Shown here: in pieces, positions 57,128-64,000 of the stretch
Layout: each line of letters starts with the position of its first letter
How positions within the stretch are numbered: the stretch's first letter is position 1
Virus record (IMG/VR): IMGVR_UViG_3300033146_003395
Span: 17,736-81,735 of that record
Length of the DNA stretch: 64,000 nucleotides
Source of the DNA: a virus
Direction: 5' to 3' (one strand)
Program-made: the position numbers and the translations under genes
Notes under the pieces: generated by a model
What the model saw: the letters and a program-made list of their open reading frames with translations, nothing else
Database searches by the model: none
Told to the model about the DNA's origin: nothing

Positions 57128-58408
57128 TTACAAGTAATTACAGTTACAAGTACAAGAATAATTACAGTTACAAGTACAGTTATTACAATTACAAGCACAA
57201 AAGTTACAATTACAAAAACACGACCCTGCAGATGAATTTATTTCAGCAATTAATGCATTTATTTGTGCTGCTGTTATAATAGTTCCAATTGGAAGTTCAC
57301 TAAAATTACCACCTGGTTGTCCAGCATTTGTTTCTGTCCAAGTTACTATAGCTTTACCTGAACCACCATGGCCGCCTCTTGCCATAGATACATTTCCACC
57401 AGTAGCGCCTCCACCGCCGCCACCACCAATATTACCAGGTAATCCATTGACATGAACAGCATCTCCAGCACCAGCACCACCGCTACCGAGGCCGCCACCG
57501 CCTCCACCGCCGCCACCCCAAACAAAGGCCACAGTATGTCCCCTTACACCCCCAGGATTCACGCCGCCACATCCAGCATTTGAAGGAACACCATCAGAGT
57601 ATATTATAACATTATCCCAAGAGCCATTTCCACCGTTACCACCACCGTTTGCACCAATTCCAGGCTGACTTGGCCATAACCCATTACCATTAATCGCGCC
57701 AGCACCACCACTAACAGAAAAGCTACCTCCAAATGATGATGTACCACCTGAGCCGGCTTGTGCACCACTTATATTAGTTCCAATTCCGCCTTTGCCAATA
57801 ATGACAGTGATCCTTTGATCTGGTTGTACGTCAATAGTTCTGGTTGAAGCACCAGCACCACCACCCCCGGCACCACTTTGCCAGTTTCCACCAGTATTAT
57901 ACCATTGAGAACCACCGGCACCACCACCACCACTTAGACAAACAGTTACTGAATTGGTATTTGGTGGAACAGTAAAAGTCGATGTCGCTGTAAAAATCTG
58001 AGAACCTGGTGATGTACTAGGTGGAACAGAAGCAGCACCATTTAAAGCTACAACTAAAGAATTATAATGAGCAGCAGTTATTAAAGTTCCAGTTGCTGGC
58101 CTTATACTTGGCAATATTGGGCCCGTGGATAATCCCACTCGTTGTCTCTCCGCAATAATATCATTTTCTATAGAAATCCATAAAGGGTCGTCTATAAGAA
58201 TTCCAGTTGTTACTTCGTTAGAACTCACATTACCACTGTCATCTCCAGCAGTTCCATAAGGGTCTTTATCCCATTTACAACCAGTTTCTAAATATGAATC
58301 ACATATTAGTATTGAAGATGTTGATGGCGTCTGTGGTAAATTTGTAGCACTACATTTGCCATTTAAATTTGCATGGCCTTGACAATAGTTTATGCAGTAT
58401 CCTGACAT
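57128..58408 (-). CDS. Gly-rich fibre-like protein with C-terminal (CxCNCNx)4 repeat; candidate radical SAM substrate
   Basis: FTVP..V.VCLSGGGGAGG Gly-rich domain flanked by two GT.ITAA..N.L repeats; 12 Cys in last 30 aa. Confidence 0.7.
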   Translation of the reverse strand: MSGYCINYCQGHANLNGKCSATNLPQTPSTSSILICDSYLETGCKWDKDPYGTAGDDSGNVSSNEVTTGILIDDPLWISIENDIIAERQRVGLSTGPILPSIRPATGTLITAAHYNSLVVALNGAASVPPSTSPGSQIFTATSTFTVPPNTNSVTVCLSGGGGAGGSQWYNTGGNWQSGAGGGGAGASTRTIDVQPDQRITVIIGKGGIGTNISGAQAGSGGTSSFGGSFSVSGGAGAINGNGLWPSQPGIGANGGGNGGNGSWDNVIIYSDGVPSNAGCGGVNPGGVRGHTVAFVWGGGGGGGGGLGSGGAGAGDAVHVNGLPGNIGGGGGGGATGGNVSMARGGHGGSGKAIVTWTETNAGQPGGNFSELPIGTIITAAQINALIAEINSSAGSCFCNCNFCACNCNNCTCNCNYSCTCNCNYL

Positions 58409-58409
58409 A

Positions 58410-58817
58410 TTAGTCCTTTAGGTATTTATTAATATTTTTTTTAATATTATCTAATAAATCTGTATTTATCTTATTTATATTATTATCTTTTATGTTTTCG
58501 GTGTTCTGCTCATTAATTATATTAGTTATAATATCTTTTGCCATTTTTTCTACTTCTTCAGATATATTAATATCAAACATTTGTTCAAAAATAATTATTT
58601 TTGATTCGGCATCGGGTTCGCTAACATTTGAATGATTATATACTAATTTTTGGGCTTTTATAAAACCTAATAATGCATCCATATAAAAATCTTTAATATC
58701 TGGAGAAATCTCTTCATACTGAGTACCAACTTTAATTAATTCTTTAGTTATTTCCTGAAATCTTTGTCCTCTTTCTTCTGGTGTTGCCTCTATCTCTAAG
58801 TCTTGCTCTTTTTTCAT
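58410..58817 (-). CDS. hypothetical protein in radical SAM operon
   Basis: Coupled ORF. Confidence 0.7.
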   Translation of the reverse strand: MKKEQDLEIEATPEERGQRFQEITKELIKVGTQYEEISPDIKDFYMDALLGFIKAQKLVYNHSNVSEPDAESKIIIFEQMFDINISEEVEKMAKDIITNIINEQNTENIKDNNINKINTDLLDNIKKNINKYLKD

Positions 58818-59629
58818 ACTTTTTCCTTTTTTTTAAAATCACTAAATTCACCTGATGAAACTAATGTTCTACTTATTTGTTTAGTTGAAGTATACAAAGA
58901 CAAATTATCTCTATGTATTTCACACCCATTACAAGTATCACATACCAGTTCACAAATTGGCACTTTAATTTTTTGACTGTTCCACATATCAATTATTTTT
59001 GCTTTTCCGTGTTCAAAAATATTAATATCTATTTGCTCAGTAACAGCTCCTAATATTATTCTTGATGGGTTAAAAGAGTCTATTAAATTAGTAATATCAT
59101 CTACAAATACTCCAATATTATGTGTATGAACCGTATATCTAATTCTATACGGCATATTTATCGCTTTAAATAATGATAATACATACAAAATATCTGTTGT
59201 AGATTCTTTATTGCTATGAAATATTCTTTCTTGGTTACCTTTTCCATCGAAACTAATATCTAACGTTATTTTCCCTGCTTTATAATGTACATTATTTATA
59301 TAATCCGACACAAATTTATCATCTTTAAATTTTAACCCATTAGATATTATATTAAATTGTACATTCTCTTTTTTTGACACGGCATAATCCATAAAGTATT
59401 TTAGTTTATCCCATTCCAATAATGGTTCTCCACCAAATAAGATGAAAAACGTTTGTTCATTTATAACCTCTCTTCCTATTACTTCGTCTGCTGCCTCCCT
59501 TAATTTTTCTAATGAGATAGTTGACTTCTCAACATCTTTTAAGTTCTCATAACAATAAGTGCAGTTTAATTGACAATCACTAGTAAAATACACTATATTA
59601 GTTTTGTTATCGCTTATATTTTTAAACAT
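58814..59629 (-). CDS. radical SAM protein
   Basis: CQLNCTYCYE; FGGEPLL; ISFDG; CELVCDTCNGC. Confidence 0.9.
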   Translation of the reverse strand: MFKNISDNKTNIVYFTSDCQLNCTYCYENLKDVEKSTISLEKLREAADEVIGREVINEQTFFILFGGEPLLEWDKLKYFMDYAVSKKENVQFNIISNGLKFKDDKFVSDYINNVHYKAGKITLDISFDGKGNQERIFHSNKESTTDILYVLSLFKAINMPYRIRYTVHTHNIGVFVDDITNLIDSFNPSRIILGAVTEQIDINIFEHGKAKIIDMWNSQKIKVPICELVCDTCNGCEIHRDNLSLYTSTKQISRTLVSSGEFSDFKKKEKV

Positions 59630-59827
59630 TTATTGGCTATCAGTATCAGCTGCTAATATTACCGATATGTCTTCTAAAAATACTTCAAAGTCTATCTTAT
59701 AATCAAACAAGTGCCCAGGATTATTATACATTACATATTTCTTATCTACTAATGATTTCTTGGCATCATCTAGTTTTTCCTCTATTTCTTTAATACTTAA
59801 TTTATTTTCTTTTGTATCACAACTCAT
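59630..59827 (-). CDS. small hypothetical protein
   Basis: Fills operon; AAGGA RBS. Confidence 0.6.
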   Translation of the reverse strand: MSCDTKENKLSIKEIEEKLDDAKKSLVDKKYVMYNNPGHLFDYKIDFEVFLEDISVILAADTDSQ

Positions 59828-60557
59828 TAGAATCCTTTTCTATTTCTTGAATAATTTTATTTATTTTTTCAGGGTCATATTTAAAAAATTTCTGTACAAT
59901 ATTAATTAAAATTAATATCTGTTTTTTATCTTTAATCGTATTTCTTTGTTCACATAATCTTTTCTTTATAAGAGTCTCTAATTTTTCTTTTTCAATATCA
60001 CTTACAGTATCTAATACATAAGCGATTAATTTATCGAAGAGATCAAAATCGAATTGTTCCTGTTCTAATAAAAATATTATAGTAAATCTATTTTTCATTT
60101 TAATTAAAAATTCAGATATATCATTTTTTAAAGTTATATTATCAGGATCAATACTATCAGAATTAGTATAATAATTATATAATATAGCAGATTTAGATGT
60201 TTTTGCACAATCATTATTTAACAATAATCTTATTGACTCTTTGGTCTTGTCTAGTTCTATATCATTTAATAAATGTAGAAATTTAGTATTAATATTTAGA
60301 TGAAGATCATCCCAAGCACCTTTATAAATATATCTATCAAATCTTCTCTTACCAAATTTATTCATATATATTCGAGAACATTCGAATGTATAACAATTTA
60401 GATCAAGAATTTTCTCTATACTAGGCTTCTTCTCAAAAATTTTTAAATATCTTATATTCTCATATAATGAATGGGGTTTAGAATATTTTCTTTTATACTT
60501 CTTTCTAGAACATTTTATATTTTTCTTTTCAAACTTCCCTTGAATTTCCCAAATCAT
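59817..60557 (-). CDS. hypothetical protein in radical SAM operon
   Basis: ATGA overlap. Confidence 0.65.
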   Translation of the reverse strand: MIWEIQGKFEKKNIKCSRKKYKRKYSKPHSLYENIRYLKIFEKKPSIEKILDLNCYTFECSRIYMNKFGKRRFDRYIYKGAWDDLHLNINTKFLHLLNDIELDKTKESIRLLLNNDCAKTSKSAILYNYYTNSDSIDPDNITLKNDISEFLIKMKNRFTIIFLLEQEQFDFDLFDKLIAYVLDTVSDIEKEKLETLIKKRLCEQRNTIKDKKQILILINIVQKFFKYDPEKINKIIQEIEKDSNEL

Positions 60558-61657
60558 CCCATATTCCTTAATAAATCATGCACTAAATTTTGAAAAATAG
60601 GATTATCTTTTAACTCATGTACAACTCTTTGAGTCTCTTCTTGTATCATATGAAATAATTCACAAACACTATCAACAGGTTTATTATCATTTCTAATTTG
60701 AGAATAAGTACAACCCGCATTACAAACAGAATATAAATCACAGCTCTGACATTTGTCAAAATTTGCCGGTTTAAACTTCTCTTGCCAATACGCAAAATTA
60801 TGATTTTCATCCATCTCCATAACTTTCTTATCGCTAAATCTAGCGCAAGGATAAAACTTACCATCAGTTGTCATAACAGCACCATTAACACCTGCGAAAC
60901 AACCAAAATCTCTCTTCTGATATGTTAGTCCAAAGATATTATCTAAAATACATAAGCTAAAGAAACCAACATTTAGTTTTATGCCTTCTTTTATATAATG
61001 AATATATCTATCTCCGAGACTTTTAATATCTGTTCTGAAATTTCTTAAGTCTTGTGCACTCCAAATATCATCTCTAACAATACTATAATCTGGTGACATT
61101 ATTCCATTATTTACGAAAAAATCCAGGTTAGCTGTCATCTCTGAACTATTTCCTGGCCATACCATAACTTTACAGCCAGATGTAAGTTGTTTAATTAGTG
61201 GCATTTTATCTTGAAATAATTCCATTGTATTGGTGTAACTTGTACCATCTTCTTTAGGATTAATAAATTGAGTTGCTAAAGGTCTTGACTCGTTGCTTCC
61301 CATACCATCGAAACTCCAAGATACACCAACCTCATTATCTTTAATCCACTGAAGTTTTTCTTCATCTATTAATGTCATATTAGAAATAATAACTAAGTTT
61401 AATTTCAATGGTAATTTTTTAAGGATACCTGTAGCATACTTTATTAAATCAAAATTCATCATTGGTTCACCGCCGAAGAATGATAAGTTAAGATTTTTAG
61501 TGCCCGATGCTTTCATCATATCAATTAGTTTAGGTAACATTTCATTAAATACTTCTTTGGTCATATAAGTATCTGTAAATGTTTCATAACAATAAGTACA
61601 TCTCATAGAGCATTGATCCGCGACTTTTAATTCTAGTGTAAATGTATCAAAACCCAT
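60554..61657 (-). CDS. radical SAM/SPASM maturase-like protein
   Basis: CSMRCTYCYE; FFGGEP; GCFAG...FYPC; CQSC..YSVCNAGC...C. Confidence 0.92.
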   Translation of the reverse strand: MGFDTFTLELKVADQCSMRCTYCYETFTDTYMTKEVFNEMLPKLIDMMKASGTKNLNLSFFGGEPMMNFDLIKYATGILKKLPLKLNLVIISNMTLIDEEKLQWIKDNEVGVSWSFDGMGSNESRPLATQFINPKEDGTSYTNTMELFQDKMPLIKQLTSGCKVMVWPGNSSEMTANLDFFVNNGIMSPDYSIVRDDIWSAQDLRNFRTDIKSLGDRYIHYIKEGIKLNVGFFSLCILDNIFGLTYQKRDFGCFAGVNGAVMTTDGKFYPCARFSDKKVMEMDENHNFAYWQEKFKPANFDKCQSCDLYSVCNAGCTYSQIRNDNKPVDSVCELFHMIQEETQRVVHELKDNPIFQNLVHDLLRNMG

Positions 61658-61875
61658 TAATAAACTCTCAATAGTTGAATATTTTCTACACCTGTACAGA
61701 TGGTGTCCTCAATATTATTCTGGTGAACTATAAATGTAACAGTTCCATAAGGTTCTGCAAAATTGTTATTTAAATTACTATTAATAAATGTACCAAAATA
61801 GTGCTTCTCATTATAAGTGAAACCAACCTCTTTACTATCTTTAATTAAGTTTTCTATTAAAGTTCTAGTTATCAT
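61657..61875 (-). CDS. small hypothetical protein between two SPASM enzymes
   Basis: TAATG overlaps at both ends. Confidence 0.65.
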   Translation of the reverse strand: MITRTLIENLIKDSKEVGFTYNEKHYFGTFINSNLNNNFAEPYGTVTFIVHQNNIEDTICTGVENIQLLRVY

Positions 61876-62984
61876 TATTTTCCTTTGCTTTGCATTGCAT
61901 ATCTAATTGTCTTATTATATTTATCCATAAATTTAAATAAACTACAAGTCTGATTACTTTGATAATCAGTCCATTTTTCTTCGTATGTTTCTTTTGTTGA
62001 ACTGAAAAAATTAGATGCCTCACACTTCATACAAAAATTTACATCACAAGTTTGGCATTCAGTTGGTTTATATTCATATAATGGTTTGAATTTTTCTACA
62101 CCTGCTAAAAAATCTTCAGTAAAATTATCAATAGTACCAATATTATGCTCTTTACTTTCACGATATAAAAATCCGTGGCAAGGCTTCATTGAGCCATCTA
62201 AATCAATTGCGGTCATATTTACACCTACTGAGCACATCGCTTTATGGTGTGAAAACCAAGTAAATATATCTGGATTTAAATCGTTAGCATAAATGTAACT
62301 CGCTATTTTTTCCAGTTGTTCTCCAAGAATTTCAGAATCTTTTTGAAGTTCTTCTGTAGTTCTATTACTCCACATATCTGGCGTAGGTCCATAAAATCCT
62401 TGTTTTTTAAATAAGTCTAAAAAGCTATCAAATAAATGCGGAAACCCATCATTAGATATGACAGATTTTAATGATGTTTTAATTCCAATTTCTTTTAACG
62501 TATTGAAACCTTCTATTGTTTGTTTAGATGTTCCAGCACCGGATTTATCAACTCTAATATTATTACTTAAATATTCTCCATCATAAGATACTTGAATTTC
62601 TAAACGATTTCCTAATATTTTATGTAGCTCAATTAATTCAGATTTATATTTTGTGATAAATCCACCATGAGTATAAAAGAAAAATGAAAATGCTTCATCA
62701 TCTTTATATGCTTGTAAAACCGCATTACAGAAATTCCAGTTTAAGAAAGGTTCGCCGCCCCAGAAATTAATTTTTTTAGTCTTTGAACTATCAGTATTAA
62801 GTTTTTCTATCAGTGTTTCTACAGATACTTCTGTATTTTTCATATAAAATGTACTTAAATTACACCCTTGTTTTTCAAGAGCTGCATCATTTTCTAAACA
62901 ATATGTACATGCCAGGTTACAAGAACTTGTAACGTTTAAATCTATATTAATATTATCTTGTATATTCATTTCGCATAATGCCAT
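61875..62984 (-). CDS. radical SAM/SPASM maturase-like protein
   Basis: CNLACTYC; FWGGEP; CSVG...KPCHG; CQTC..FCMKC...C. Confidence 0.92.
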   Translation of the reverse strand: MALCEMNIQDNINIDLNVTSSCNLACTYCLENDAALEKQGCNLSTFYMKNTEVSVETLIEKLNTDSSKTKKINFWGGEPFLNWNFCNAVLQAYKDDEAFSFFFYTHGGFITKYKSELIELHKILGNRLEIQVSYDGEYLSNNIRVDKSGAGTSKQTIEGFNTLKEIGIKTSLKSVISNDGFPHLFDSFLDLFKKQGFYGPTPDMWSNRTTEELQKDSEILGEQLEKIASYIYANDLNPDIFTWFSHHKAMCSVGVNMTAIDLDGSMKPCHGFLYRESKEHNIGTIDNFTEDFLAGVEKFKPLYEYKPTECQTCDVNFCMKCEASNFFSSTKETYEEKWTDYQSNQTCSLFKFMDKYNKTIRYAMQSKGK

Positions 62985-63063
62985 ACTTTTCCTTTTACTT
63001 ATTATACAGAGTTTACATTAAAATAATATTAAAATTTGCAAATTCTTTTAAAACTTAAGGTGT

Positions 63064-63107
63064 TTTAAACTCTATTTAATGTTAAACATGGTATAATATA
63101 GTATATA
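63064..63107 (+). promoter_or_regulatory. early promoter repeat 9
   Basis: Same consensus. Confidence 0.8.
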
Positions 63108-63118
63108 GAGGATGAGAG

Positions 63119-63361
63119 ATGACAAAAGCAAAAGCAAATAGAATTTATGAGATTATTACAGAAGTGTTTGATGCTAATAACGAAGTATCATGGGAATTAC
63201 TTGTTAAATCAATTAAGTCACATACTAAGATTACAAATTGGTTAGAAGTACGTAATGTATTACAATATGCTATTGAAAATGATGGCGTTCGTAGAACAAG
63301 AAAATTAAAAGATGAGACTTATATTAGATTAGTTCAAATAGTTAACCTAGAACTAATCTAA
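63119..63361 (+). CDS. hypothetical protein
   Basis: GAGGA RBS after promoter. Confidence 0.65.
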   Translation: MTKAKANRIYEIITEVFDANNEVSWELLVKSIKSHTKITNWLEVRNVLQYAIENDGVRRTRKLKDETYIRLVQIVNLELI

Positions 63362-63385
63362 GTTATGGTATAATATAGTATATAA
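63341..63385 (+). promoter_or_regulatory. early promoter repeat 10
   Basis: Matches the 23672 variant. Confidence 0.8.
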
Positions 63386-63423
63386 AGAGTGAAGGCTCTA
63401 AAAAGAAGGATGAAGGATAAAAG

Positions 63424-63696
63424 ATGAAAAGATATTTAGTAAATTGTAAAGAGTATAACGGTTATAAAAATGTGTTGTTTATGATGGATAAGAAAGATTC
63501 AAGATTAAGTTATGAAGCTGCATATAATATGTATAAACATAAAGGTGATGCATTTGCTTCAAAAGCTGCAAAAGAAACTGTAGCTAATTATGAAATTATT
63601 GCTGAATGTGATTATAAAAAGAAAGTATTAACTACACCAGAAGGTATTCAATATGATGTATTTTCTGATCGGTCGGTAAGACTTATTAATGAATAA
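63424..63696 (+). CDS. hypothetical protein
   Basis: AAGGA RBS. Confidence 0.65.
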   Translation: MKRYLVNCKEYNGYKNVLFMMDKKDSRLSYEAAYNMYKHKGDAFASKAAKETVANYEIIAECDYKKKVLTTPEGIQYDVFSDRSVRLINE

Positions 63697-63979
63697 GATA
63701 AAAGCTAAAGTTGTTATGTATTCTCCTACCGAATACTCTACAAAATATGCTATTGAAATTAAAATATCAGGTTTCTGGAAAGAAAGTATTCCATTTTTTG
63801 GGAAGAAATTTAAAGACCAAGACTATGAAGTTTTAACATATAAAGACGAAATTGGTTATCCCACAATATATCTATATGATGAGCACGGTGAAGCGATAAG
63901 AGCTATTAATAAAATTGTACGTAGTTATGAGCAAAGAGGAGACTTTAAAGTTCCTCTTCCTATTGATGGTTTAGATTAA
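63689..63979 (+). CDS. hypothetical protein
   Basis: Overlaps previous gene. Confidence 0.6.
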   Translation: MNKIKAKVVMYSPTEYSTKYAIEIKISGFWKESIPFFGKKFKDQDYEVLTYKDEIGYPTIYLYDEHGEAIRAINKIVRSYEQRGDFKVPLPIDGLD

Positions 63980-64000
63980 ACCTTAAACCTTAAACCTTAA
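63976..64000. repeat. (TTAAACC)n tandem repeat running off the window edge
   Basis: 3.6 units visible. Confidence 0.85.

Noticed and set aside
57300-57950. GC-rich stretch as a foreign island or RNA gene
   Set aside because: Explained by Gly/Ala codons of the Gly-rich domain.

Overview
AT-rich 64-kb segment of a large T4-like (myovirus) phage genome. The promoter and RBS style (TGnTATAAT with upstream TTTAA blocks, AAGGA) suggests a Campylobacterota host (inference). Layout: 0.4-9.2 kb head module (gp23, gp22, a greatly extended gp21 protease, core proteins, gp20 portal) and gp13 neck; 10.8-12.1 kb lysis cassette; 13-23 kb topoisomerase II subunits and DNA ligase; 12-46 kb plus-strand arrays of small genes behind ten near-identical early promoters. 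On the minus strand from 35 to 63 kb lie nucleotide-sugar, aminotransferase and amidinotransferase genes and ten radical SAM genes around a Gly-rich protein ending in (CxCNCNx)4. Free-standing homing endonucleases or remnants are scattered throughout. Main unexplained signals: (1) about 40 unrelated small proteins share a C-terminal PEYFV-like tag whose DNA doubles as the RBS/start of the next gene; (2) the radical SAM cluster with a candidate Cys-repeat substrate, plus a possible amino/guanidino-sugar pathway; (3) a five-copy covarying RNA-like element between a late promoter and homing endonuclease genes; (4) a two-copy structured leader shared by the scaffold and major capsid genes. All calls come from motifs read by eye; no database search was run and counts are hand counts.
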